From the NCBI GenBank assembly GCA_040389905.1, contig JAZJZK010000014.1, forward strand, positions 192,001 through 256,000: a stretch of DNA of 64,000 bases, written 5' to 3'. This DNA comes from Gemmatimonadota bacterium (GTDB lineage: Bacteria > Gemmatimonadota > Gemmatimonadetes > Gemmatimonadales > Gemmatimonadaceae). The notes under the pieces were generated by a model. That model saw nothing but the letters and a program-made list of their open reading frames with translations, did not search any database and was not told the DNA's origin. This document shows, piece after piece, positions 50,242 to 59,900 of the stretch. The translations under genes were made by a program, and so were the position numbers. Each line of letters opens with the position of its first letter. The stretch's first letter is position 1.

Positions 50242-51219
50242 TCAGCCAGGCGCACGTGACGCCGCTGCGCGCGCAGCCTCGACGGTAAACAGTGCGTACA
50301 GGTCGTCGAAGAGTTGCGAGCCCCGCTCCAGACGCGCGACATCGTCCGCGTGCGCCGCGGCGATCGAGGAGAGCACGCGCTCGATGCCCGATGTGTCATC
50401 GCGGCCAAACTTCTCGTCCTTGAGGTCGATGTCGTGAACGATCTCCGCGATCGCCTGGAGCGCGGAATCAGCAAGACCGAAACGTTGGAGAAGCGTTTCA
50501 AAGGTGCATCGATCGCCTTCATGCGAGAACTCACCCTCGAACATGTCGAAGCGAAGCGCTCCGGCGATGCGGCGCCGTTGCCCCTCCGACACGAACATGA
50601 AGCGCGCGTCCGTATCGATGAAGCGGCGAATGAGCCAGGCACTCGCGATGCGGTCGACGAAGACGCCGCTCCGCGTAACCCACGTGCGGCCGTGATACGC
50701 GCCGCGGTCGGCCTCCTGGGTGGCTGTCGGTGTGACGACAGCAGTTGGCTCTGCTTCCTTCTCGAGTGAACGCAACGCCGACTCGGCGTCCGCTCGTCCC
50801 TCGGCGCCGAAGAAATCGATCGAGATGATCGAGGAAAGACGCTTTCGCAGGCGCGCCAGTTCGTCCTGCGGTCGAGCGGACGTCGACGCGTCGCGGGCCG
50901 ACTCGGCAATGCTCGCATAGTCGGTGTCACGCGCAGCGCGAAAGAGATGCCTGATCTGATCGTCGGTCAGACCATCCATGAAACTGGCACGGCAAATCGA
51001 CGCATCGCCTCCGCCCTCGATCACCTCCGCGCGCACCCACTGGAAGTCTTCCAGCGACTGAGACCGATCGGGGAGCACGTACACCGAGTTCTTCACCGCG
51101 ACCGCACCGATGCGCTGAACGCGACGACCGATTTTCACTCGCAAGTAGTCCGGCTTGGGAGGAATCTGGTGGATCAGCAGCAGCCACAAGTCGCGATCGG
51201 TACCGTCCGCGGCGCTCAT
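50242..51219 (-). CDS. chrB: Chromate resistance regulator ChrB
   Basis: WLLLIHQIPPKPDYLRVKI…KNSVYVLP, WVTR…VDRIASAWLIRRFID, FDM…FSHEGDRCTFE, IVHDID. Confidence 0.9.
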   Translation of the reverse strand: MSAADGTDRDLWLLLIHQIPPKPDYLRVKIGRRVQRIGAVAVKNSVYVLPDRSQSLEDFQWVRAEVIEGGGDASICRASFMDGLTDDQIRHLFRAARDTDYASIAESARDASTSARPQDELARLRKRLSSIISIDFFGAEGRADAESALRSLEKEAEPTAVVTPTATQEADRGAYHGRTWVTRSGVFVDRIASAWLIRRFIDTDARFMFVSEGQRRRIAGALRFDMFEGEFSHEGDRCTFETLLQRFGLADSALQAIAEIVHDIDLKDEKFGRDDTSGIERVLSSIAAAHADDVARLERGSQLFDDLYALFTVEAARAAASRAPG

Positions 51220-52256
51220 GCGTCGAGGCTCCCAAGCGCGATCGCTCGGCCAACCCCGGTCGCGAGCGCTCGCTCGTAGACCAGCGCCGCCAGCGCAACA
51301 TCCTGAAGGGCAGTCCCGGTGCTGTCGAATACGATGATCTCATCGGCTGCGAGGCGCCCCGGTTTTTTGCCCGCCACGATCTCGCCCAATTCTGCGCGCA
51401 CCGCCTCGCGCTGCATGACGCCTGAGTTCAACGCGTGGTGAAGGTCCCCGATCGTTGCGCTCTGCTCGAGGATGTCCGCGACGACGACGCTGGCCGCCAG
51501 TAGTTCCGGCTCGATCTCCTGCTTGTCCGGATTGTCGGCACCCACCGCAGCGACGAATGCGCCGGGTGCGACGTGCGCTCGGCCGAGGAACCAGTGACGT
51601 GCGGGCGTGCAGGTGATCCAGATCGTGGCCGTCCGCGCGTCGCCGTCGAGCGAGTCGATCACGGCGACGTCCACCCCGAGTTCCGATGTCATGTCCGCGG
51701 CGAAGCGCACCGCGCGCTCGGCGTTGAGATCGAACGCCATGACGCGTTCGAGCGTGCGTACGCAGGCCAATGCACGAAGCTGGCTTCGTGCCTGTTCACC
51801 ACACCCGCAGATGACGACGACGGCAGTCTCTCGCGCGAGGTATTTCGCCGCGACGGCGGTGGCCGCCGCCGTCCGCAGAATCGTGATCTCGATGGAGTCG
51901 AGCAGCGCCAACAACCGCCCGTCGGCCGCGTCGAACAGCGCGATCACGCCCTGAATCGTCGGCAGCCCGCTTCTCTCCGGATTTCCTGGGAAGTTGGCGT
52001 TGATCTTCGACGCAAATACCGGCCGACCGTCCGCTCCGGCGAACAACCCGGCCGCCTTCACGTGAAATCCGCCGCCGTCCACGTGGACGCCGAGCATCGC
52101 CGGGGGAATGGCGCGGCCCAGGGCGTGGGCGAGAAACGCGCGCTCGACGGCGTCGACGCATTCCGCCATGCGGAGGAGTCTCGCGACCTCCCCGCGACGA
52201 AGAACAAGGGTACTGGACGACCCGGCCGGGAACCCGCCCGTTGGATGGTGAGTCAT
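51216..52256 (-). CDS. Ornithine cyclodeaminase/mu-crystallin family imine reductase
   Basis: GLPTIQG, ITILRTAAA, GCGEQA, VGAD..KQE, FDSTG.ALQD. Stop overlaps the chrB ATG. Confidence 0.9.
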   Translation of the reverse strand: MTHHPTGGFPAGSSSTLVLRRGEVARLLRMAECVDAVERAFLAHALGRAIPPAMLGVHVDGGGFHVKAAGLFAGADGRPVFASKINANFPGNPERSGLPTIQGVIALFDAADGRLLALLDSIEITILRTAAATAVAAKYLARETAVVVICGCGEQARSQLRALACVRTLERVMAFDLNAERAVRFAADMTSELGVDVAVIDSLDGDARTATIWITCTPARHWFLGRAHVAPGAFVAAVGADNPDKQEIEPELLAASVVVADILEQSATIGDLHHALNSGVMQREAVRAELGEIVAGKKPGRLAADEIIVFDSTGTALQDVALAALVYERALATGVGRAIALGSLDA

Positions 52257-52435
52257 GGCCACATGCTAATATCACAACTGAATCATTGCAAATCTCGCCA
52301 TGTGGGTGAGTCTGTCATCACGAGTGAAGTCGACGACGCCGCGCGCTCCGTCTGGGTTTTCTCCTTCCGTACAACTATTATCACAGTTGAAGCACAGTCA
52401 GTTTCGTGACGGGGCTCTGCCAACTCGGAGAACAC

Positions 52436-53359
52436 ATGACCAGCCACATCCTTCGTCGTTCGTCGCTCGCCCGTGGTGCTGCCTTGGCATCGGTGCTCAC
52501 GTTCGCATCGCGCAGCGTGCAGGCACAGTCATGGGCCCCTGTCGAACAGGCCTTCGGTCGAGCCGGCATCGCGCAGCCCGGCGACGTCATGCGATTCAAC
52601 TTCCCGCGTCGCGATCTGCGCGTCACCGTTGGCGACGTTCAGGTACGTCCCGCCTTCGCGCTGGGCTCGTGGGTGGCCTTCAAGCGGATGCCGGATGGAC
52701 AAGCCATGGCGATGGGCGACCTCGTACTCACCGACAACGAGATCAATCCGGTCATCTCGGCGCTCCAGAAGGGTGGCGTGGAGCAGAGTGCGCTGCACAA
52801 CCACATCGTCGGTGGAACGCCTAACACGATGTACCTGCACATCAGTGCGCATGGCAAAGAGATCGATATCGCCCGCGCGATCCGGCGAGCACTGGAAACG
52901 ACCGGCACGCCGCTCGACACCGTTGCGGCCGGTCCCGCCGCCTCTTTCAATCTCGATACGGCGGCCGTCGCCAAGGCGCTCGGTTACGCCGGCCGAGTGA
53001 ACGGCGGCGTGTACCAGGTGAACGTGGCCCGCGCTGAGACGATCATGCAGGACGGACACGAGGTGCCCGCGTCGATGGGCCTGACGACCGCGATCAACTT
53101 CCAGCCAACGGGCGGTGGCAAGTCGGCGATTACCGGCGATTTCGTGATGATCGGGACAGAGGTCAATCCGGTCATTCGTGCGCTGCGGGAAAACGGGATC
53201 GGCGTCACCGCGGTGCACAGCCACATGATCGGCGAGACGCCGCGCCTCTACTTCATGCACTTCTGGGCCAACGACGATGCGGTCAAGCTCGCGCGCGGTT
53301 TGAGTGCGGCGCTGGCAAAGACGAACTCAGCAAAACCGACGGTTTCGAAGACGCCGTGA
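52436..53359 (+). CDS. Secreted DUF1259 (LppY/LpqO-like) protein, two repeats
   Basis: MGDLVL…EINPVI..L…ALHNH and TGDFV…EVNPVI.AL…AVHSHM..E.PRLYFMHFW. RBS GGAGA. Confidence 0.85.
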   Translation: MTSHILRRSSLARGAALASVLTFASRSVQAQSWAPVEQAFGRAGIAQPGDVMRFNFPRRDLRVTVGDVQVRPAFALGSWVAFKRMPDGQAMAMGDLVLTDNEINPVISALQKGGVEQSALHNHIVGGTPNTMYLHISAHGKEIDIARAIRRALETTGTPLDTVAAGPAASFNLDTAAVAKALGYAGRVNGGVYQVNVARAETIMQDGHEVPASMGLTTAINFQPTGGGKSAITGDFVMIGTEVNPVIRALRENGIGVTAVHSHMIGETPRLYFMHFWANDDAVKLARGLSAALAKTNSAKPTVSKTP

Positions 53360-53518
53360 CGTGCGCGCGCAAGGATCACGATTCGTAGTAAACTGCCGCC
53401 GCCTTCCTGAATGGGCCCGCCATCACTGTCTCAACGTTTGGATACAATTGCACGTTAGGAGCATAGTGACCCGTCGAGGCTGCACGTCAGGAACGCCGAA
53501 CGCTCCAGGGAAGGTTCT

Positions 53519-53908
53519 ATGCGCCGTCACCTGTTCGCTATCGCGGCACTGAGTGTGTCCGCTCTCACCGGTTGCGCCACGCTGGGCAACCCCGTCTCGA
53601 ATAGCAGGCCGATCGCCGCTGGCTCGATGGAGCGCGCGCTTAAGGCCACTGTCATCGCAGCGACATCCACCGACTGGGTGCCCAAGACGATTTCCGCCGA
53701 GGCCGGGTACGTCATGGCCGAGCGTGGCGATCCTCGCGTTGATCCGTATCGCCTCGAGGTGATGATCCCTGAGGGCGGCGCCGGATCTCTCAACGTGAAG
53801 GTGACACCGCTGGCAGGCCGGAGAGAGAACGTCGGTTCGGAAGACGGCGCATCCGATCTGGCAAAGAAATTCCTCGAGGCATTCGAGCGGGCAATCGCGC
53901 CGCGGTAG
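53519..53908 (+). CDS. Hypothetical lipoprotein
   Basis: Lipobox LTG-C, 129 aa. Confidence 0.7.
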   Translation: MRRHLFAIAALSVSALTGCATLGNPVSNSRPIAAGSMERALKATVIAATSTDWVPKTISAEAGYVMAERGDPRVDPYRLEVMIPEGGAGSLNVKVTPLAGRRENVGSEDGASDLAKKFLEAFERAIAPR

Positions 53909-54079
53909 CGACTGCGAATTCCTTCGACGACCGGGCTGCATCCAAGCGCCTGGCGCGAGGCGCCTCGATCGCTTGAAACGATGGTGGCGTGCAGCGCAAA
54001 ACTGGCGTGAGCCGTTTCTTGCGAAGTTCTCGCGTTACTGAGGAAGCGTTCCTCTTCCCCTCTATCGCACAGAATCTCC

Positions 54080-54649
54080 ATGAAGCTGTTCCGTTCGCTT
54101 TGCGCCTCGGTGCTCCTTTTCGTTCCCACAGTGCCGGCGCTTGCCCAAGTCTCCTCCTCGCTTGCTCCGGAGAGGCAAGTGCATCTGGACCTCACCATCG
54201 CCGGTGCCGCCGTGGGCTTCGCCGCCCGCACCTCTGAGCGGACCATGTTCGGCGTGGAAATCGGCGGAGGTGGGAACTGGGTGAACTACACACTCGCCGG
54301 CAGCCACTTCTCAAAGGGCGGAGCCAGGAACTCGTCGCTCGTCGAGCTCGCCCACGCGACCGTGTTCATGCGCACCCGCTTCAGCGAGAGCCAGCATCTC
54401 GACCTCGGCGCGAAGGTGTCGGCGTTCCTCCACTTCGATAGCTCGGACGACGAACCCGGCGGCGGCTACTTCGTTGGGCTGAACGCCAAGTACAGCTGGG
54501 CGAAATGGCGGCGGATGAACCTCGCATCCGAGATGGACATCGGGCGCTTCGCGGAGCCCGGCAACGGCACCTGCCTCAGCGGATGCGAAGGGAGGCAAGA
54601 GTTCGGTATCAACGTCGCGCCGATCCTCGTGCGGTTCACCTTTCCGTGA
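54080..54649 (+). CDS. Hypothetical secreted or outer-membrane beta-rich protein
   Basis: Signal peptide ending ALA, amphipathic beta strands, C-terminal VRFTFP. Confidence 0.7.
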   Translation: MKLFRSLCASVLLFVPTVPALAQVSSSLAPERQVHLDLTIAGAAVGFAARTSERTMFGVEIGGGGNWVNYTLAGSHFSKGGARNSSLVELAHATVFMRTRFSESQHLDLGAKVSAFLHFDSSDDEPGGGYFVGLNAKYSWAKWRRMNLASEMDIGRFAEPGNGTCLSGCEGRQEFGINVAPILVRFTFP

Positions 54650-54694
54650 CGCCAAGCGCTCTTTCTGCGCTGGAACGAGTACCTTTGAAGACCT

Positions 54695-55573
54695 ATGACG
54701 CAGCCCGGCGGCCCGAACGAACTCGAGACGGCAATACTCGCCGTATACCGCGGACCGCTCGACGAATTTGTCAGCCGGCGCGATGCGCTCGTCAAGCAAC
54801 TGCGCGCCACCAAGCAACGTGACGCCGCCGACCGCGTGAAGGCGCTGCGCAAGCCAAGCCGCATCGCCTGGGTGCTCGACAGCGTGGTTCATGAGGACCC
54901 TGCGTCCGTCGAACAGCTTGCTGCCGCAATCAAGGAGGCACAAACCGGCGCCGACTTGCGCACAGCGCTCGACACCATGAAGGCAGCGGTGCGCGGTGTC
55001 GCCGCAGTCGGCGCCCGCGTCGCGCTCCGCGCCGGACAACCGATCGAGCCGAACGTCGTGGTCACGGCGCTGTACGCGATAATTGGTGATGCCAGCGCGT
55101 TTGCGGACCTGCGCGCGGGCCTGCTCGTCGAAGTTCCGGAAGCCGGCGGCCTCGACATGCTCGCCGCCGCCGCCCTCGATCGAACAGACAAGACGACATC
55201 ACCATCGCCTGCACCGCCGCCGCAGGAGACAGGAAAACCCGATGCGCGCGCTGAGGCCGCGCAGCAGGAAACCGAGGCCGCGAAACAGAACGCTGAGCTT
55301 GCAAAGGCCGCGCGCGCCGAGCTGCGGCGAGCCGAAGCGTCGTTCGCCACGGCGAGCGAACGATCGGAGCACGCGGAGCGAGCGGTTTTGAAGGCCCAGG
55401 AGAAACTCGACGACGCTGAACGTGCCTTACGGCATGCTCAATCCGAGGCAGAGTCCCGACGCGCCGATCTCGAACGTGCGCGAAACAGCGCCGCGACGGC
55501 CGCCGCAGAACTGCGTGACGCGGAGCAAGCCGTCGCTACCTCCCGCGCGCGTGTGGTGGAAACCGAAGGTTAG
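54695..55573 (+). CDS. Hypothetical protein with C-terminal coiled coil
   Basis: N-terminus Y.GPLDEFV..RDAL…VKALRKPS..AW, Pro-rich linker, Ala/Glu/Arg heptads. Confidence 0.75.
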   Translation: MTQPGGPNELETAILAVYRGPLDEFVSRRDALVKQLRATKQRDAADRVKALRKPSRIAWVLDSVVHEDPASVEQLAAAIKEAQTGADLRTALDTMKAAVRGVAAVGARVALRAGQPIEPNVVVTALYAIIGDASAFADLRAGLLVEVPEAGGLDMLAAAALDRTDKTTSPSPAPPPQETGKPDARAEAAQQETEAAKQNAELAKAARAELRRAEASFATASERSEHAERAVLKAQEKLDDAERALRHAQSEAESRRADLERARNSAATAAAELRDAEQAVATSRARVVETEG

Positions 55574-55624
55574 GGACTCGCGTTCGTACCTTAACTGTCA
55601 TTCCTGGCGCCCATGGCCGTAGAT

Positions 55625-55702
55625 GTCATCCCGAGCGAAGTCGAGGGATCTGCACGTTCCGTCTGGGTTTGAGGTGCAGCCCCCTCGACAAAGCTTCGCT
55701 CG
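55625..55702. repeat. REP-like GTCATCCCGAGCGAAGTCGAGGGATCT with a degenerate inverted partner
   Basis: Left unit 55625-55651. The partner CCCTCGAC-aaag-CTTCGCTCG ends near 55702. Confidence 0.6.
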
Positions 55703-55772
55703 ATCGGTGTGTCCGCGTGCCCCAAGACAAGTACACCGACGAATGACGTCGGGGCTTGATGGTGTGCGATAG

Positions 55773-55792
55773 GTACTTACATTTGGAAGTAC
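55773..55792. promoter_or_regulatory. Palindromic operator candidate for TA autoregulation
   Basis: GTACTT-N8-AAGTAC, 13 bp upstream of the antitoxin ATG. Confidence 0.55.
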
Positions 55793-55805
55793 ACCAGAGG
55801 CCACC

Positions 55806-56198
55806 ATGACGTATCGCGCCAAAGCAGCGACTGTCGGAAACTCCAAGGCACTCCGCCTCGATGCCGCGCTCTTTCGCGCCCACCCCGAATTCGGGACGGG
55901 CGAGTTTGCCGTCAGTGTAATCGCTCCAGGCCAGCTACTCATTCAGGCGATAGCCGAGAGCACCAAGGATGAGACTGATCCAGTGTTTGACGCGTTCCTC
56001 GGATTCGTTGAGCTTCAGATGGAACTGCGGCCAAACTTGATCAGCGCAGTCACCCAAGCCGATCGCCGAGAGGCGGCCGAACTTCTTCGTGGCGTACGAT
56101 CGGACCCGGGCGAAGATTTGGGAGACGACTTTGTGTTGCCGGGAGATTCGCGCGATACCCGCTCACGCAAGAAGTCCAAACGAGTGTCGAAGAAGTAA
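55806..56198 (+). CDS. Antitoxin, AbrB/PrlF(SohA)-like
   Basis: N-terminal GNS.ALRL swapped-hairpin pattern, DPVFDAFLGF…P.LI. Directly upstream of a YhaV-like toxin. Confidence 0.75.
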   Translation: MTYRAKAATVGNSKALRLDAALFRAHPEFGTGEFAVSVIAPGQLLIQAIAESTKDETDPVFDAFLGFVELQMELRPNLISAVTQADRREAAELLRGVRSDPGEDLGDDFVLPGDSRDTRSRKKSKRVSKK

Positions 56199-56216
56199 TG
56201 GCGCTTCGGCGGCCTC

Positions 56217-56729
56217 ATGGATAAGCGCACCAGAAGCAAGAACAGCCCCGCTGCGCGGACCACCGCTCCGGTGGTGATCAACGGCTGGACATTGCTTTTC
56301 TGGACCTCCTTCCGTGAGCGCTGGACCGACCTTGGCAGGGCCGTACAGAAAGCGCGAGCCTCAGATCCAGAGCGTTATATGCACGCGCCGGAAGTGAAGA
56401 TCTTCCATACCGTGCGCGAACTGGTCTTCAAGGAAATCCCGGTCAATCCGGATCATCCACAGTTTCGGCAACGAAAGACACTCGGCGGTGAACACACCCA
56501 CTGGCGGCGCGCGAAGTTCCATCGGCGATTCCGATTGTTCTTCCGATTTCACACGGCGTCACGGACCATCATCTATGCTTGGCTGAGCGACGACAACACG
56601 CTGAGGAAACCCGGAAGCCACACCGATCCATACAGCGTCTTCCATCGAATGCTTGAACGGGGCGCACCGCCATCGGATTGGGATGACCTCATGAAGGCGT
56701 GCAAGACGATCGACCAGGAATCCGAGTGA
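56217..56729 (+). CDS. yhaV: YhaV-family toxin (RelE-superfamily RNase)
   Basis: VVINGW, IPVNP…FRQ..TLG.EH.HWRRAKF..RFRLFFRF…IIYAW..D.TLRK.GS.TDPY.VF..ML..G.PP.DW. Confidence 0.9.
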   Translation: MDKRTRSKNSPAARTTAPVVINGWTLLFWTSFRERWTDLGRAVQKARASDPERYMHAPEVKIFHTVRELVFKEIPVNPDHPQFRQRKTLGGEHTHWRRAKFHRRFRLFFRFHTASRTIIYAWLSDDNTLRKPGSHTDPYSVFHRMLERGAPPSDWDDLMKACKTIDQESE

Positions 56730-56922
56730 CTCGCCACGAAGGTGGCAACGCGCCGACGTCGTGCGCGAACGGCTGGCTGCTCTCGATTTGGAGCGCAGGT
56801 TGCTGCAAACCGAACTCGTGTCGCTCGAGTATCGTGGGTCGCTCACTCGTCGCGTCACAAGTCTCGAGCGGGCTATGTTTCGCGCCCACGGGGCCTGTAC
56901 TGAACGCACGGCGTTCTGCGGG

Positions 56923-59900
56923 CTACGAAACGTCGAGCGGAGTTGTTCCAATGCACAGAAACCCCGCCCATGCCTGTGGATGCGGCGTGATTGCGCGCAC
57001 ATATCGCTGCGCTGATGACAGTGCCTGCGCGCATGCCTCGCCTGCGCTGACACGTCGATAGAACTCGATCATCAAATCGCGCGTCTGTTCGTCTGGGACT
57101 TTCCACACACTCATTACGAGCGCTGATGCCCCCGCGATGGCGAACGCACGCCGCAGACCAAATATGCCCTCGCCCCGGCGAACCTCTCCGAGCCCAGTCT
57201 CGCATGCGGAGAGAACGACCAGGTCCGTGGCCGTGAAGTCGAGCAACGCAATTTCCGCCGCGGTCAATAACCCATCATCCCCCGAAGACAGCGAGTGGCC
57301 CGACGCCCATGAGTTGACGCCCGCGAGCGCAATTCCAGAACGCAGCAAAGGGTCTTGCAACTGACCTAGACGCGTTATGGGATCGACACCGACATCGCTT
57401 TCGCGCGGTTTGTCGAGTGCCTCCGCCGCATAGTTTCCAAAGCCCGGGATTTCGATGACAGTGAGCGTGTCGACGAAGTTTGCCGACTTGGGCGGGCGTT
57501 CGTCAGTGAGAAAGAAGCCGTGACTCGCTAGATGGAGGATCCGCGGGGGCAGCGCCGACCGAAGGCGTGCTTCGACGGCATCGCCTCCCATGACAGGTGC
57601 AACGCCAAGGATCGCCGCAACGGCCACTCCTTCCTCCCTCGTCCCTGATAACGGTGTGAACGGCCGACGGCGTTCCCCCTTCGGTACGCCTTCCAACTCG
57701 AGATCGAAATCCGGATCCGCCATCACGAGCGGTGCGTCTCCTACGATTGTGGGCCCTGCCTCCTTTAGCAGGTCTCGGCCTGTGTCGAGCAGAATCAGCT
57801 CATACCGGTCAATCAGGTACCCGTCGTCGATGGGCAGCGCGGCAAAGGGCAAGCGCGTCAACTCTCCATGCTGTGCAATGCATAGTCGGGTGCACGAACC
57901 GATGCCTTCGCGGAAGGGATCGAACACCATCTGCCTTAGCGCATTCCCGGCGGCAACCCAATCCTCAGCGTCGAGCCCCATAGGCGCCGGCGTTGGTTTC
58001 GGCGCAACGGAATCATCCACCCACGGACCTTCCGCTGGGATTCCACCAGGATCCGCTTCACACGTGATTGCGGACCGAAAGCGGCTGATTGCCAGATCGA
58101 CCGCGTCGGCGTCACCGATGTCGATGATCGCGGGCTCGCAGTCTGGACGCACGATGAATGCGGCATATCGCAGCGTGCCCCGATGAAAACGATCGCCTGG
58201 CGCGCCACGATGGAAATCGATCACCTCATAGCGGAGGTATTCCACCAATGCGGTGCCGATCGGCAGCTTTTCCCTGACGGTCTCCAGGCTCACGCGAGTT
58301 GCTCGTGCGGCTTCTCCGTTCGACTCCGACGCGAGATGCCGCCCGATCTCGTGGTCGAGTGCTTCCGCGCGGCGGCGGAGCTCTTCCATCGCGGTCGCGC
58401 TGTCCTGCGGCGCGGGCGGCCCGCTGATCGACTGGCGAACGATCGCGCGCTGGACGTCGATGTAATCGCGACGAAGTGCCTTCAGTTCGACCGTCACGGA
58501 GTGAGCCAGCGCCCGCACACGTGTTGCATTCCAGGCGAGCGTCGCACCCTTCCAGCGTAGTGTCCACTCACACGCGTCGCGGATGGCGGCAGGTGAACGC
58601 AGCCGTATGGCAATGGACACAACAACGTCGAGGTGCTGATAGAGCGCGTCGGCGATTCTATCCTGCGCGGAGGTCGATGTGATCGTGAACGGCTGGGCAA
58701 AGCGCTCGTCGAGGATAATCGACACCTCACGTGCCGCGAGAGCCGCCTCCTCCCAACGTTGGCTCCCGCCCAAAATCCATGCTTTCGCAATCGTCGCTTT
58801 GAGCAGGAGTGCATGACTGCCGTTCACGCCGAGCAGCCTCGCAATCGCTCTGTCGATCAACTCGATGGCGACGTCGTATTTCTTGGTTCGCCCCTCGACT
58901 CTCGCGAGGTCGATTTCAACAATCGCGATCTCGAGCGCCGTGGCGTCAAACCTAGCCGTGGCTGCCAGCGCTTGGGTCAAGACCAGCCGAGCACCCTCCG
59001 AGGCACCGAGCCGCACGTAGATGTCTCCCGTACCACGAAGGGCGCGAGCGAGAAGTTGTGGCGTGCCCGTCTCTTCCGCGATTCCCGCGACCTCGACGAA
59101 CATCGGCGGTGCTTCGTGCACTGGGCCAAATGCGCCCGTGATCTCGGCTAGCGTTTCCAGCACGTCGGCATAGAGCAGCGATCGTTTCCCGAGGAGTGCT
59201 TCGGCCATATCCACCGCGCGCCGAATCAACGCCGTGGCCTTCTCTGCGTTGCTCTGGCTGGCGTAAAAGACACCGAAGTCGCGAAGGAGCCGCGCCGTGC
59301 GCGCCGTCGGCTCGACGGCCAGGAGCGGCGGGAGAGCCGCCCGAAAGAGCGACTCCGCCTCGACGAGATGACCACTATTCCATCTGACGTGCCCGAGTAC
59401 CGCTTGGGCACGTGCAACCGTCTGAACGCCGACCGACGGCTGTTCATTCAGGAGATCGAGACTGATTTCGGCCGCTTCATCTCGGTCACCAGCAGACAGG
59501 AGCAGTTCTGATAGCCGCAGCTGATTCTCCGCGAGCGAGTCGGACAAGCCCTTCGATCGCGCCCGTGCGCTCTGTGCCACTGCCTCGCGCATGGTTTCGA
59601 CTGCGGCACGTGCTCCAGCAGCGAGTTCCTGAACCTGTGACTTCGTGCGCAGAAGCGCGGCAAAATGATCGGCGGGCGGCTCCCAGCCGGCATGCACCAG
59701 AGCGATGTAGTCGTCGCAGACCCGTTCGGCCTCGACCAGATCAGCGCCTTGCGCGACGGCACCGGCGAGCCAGGTCATCGCTTGCGACCACTCGAGCGTT
59801 CCGCGAGGTTCTCGACCACACACCTCGGCGAAGAGCGTGGCGGCGTACGAGTATTCGCCCAAGTGAAACGTCAGGCGCGCGATCAGTCGGAGATCGAGTG

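Noticed and set aside
56726..57015. 84 aa ORF after yhaV as a third TA component
   Set aside because: It overlaps the CHAT 3' end, has no clear RBS and no recognisable motif. At best a gene fragment.
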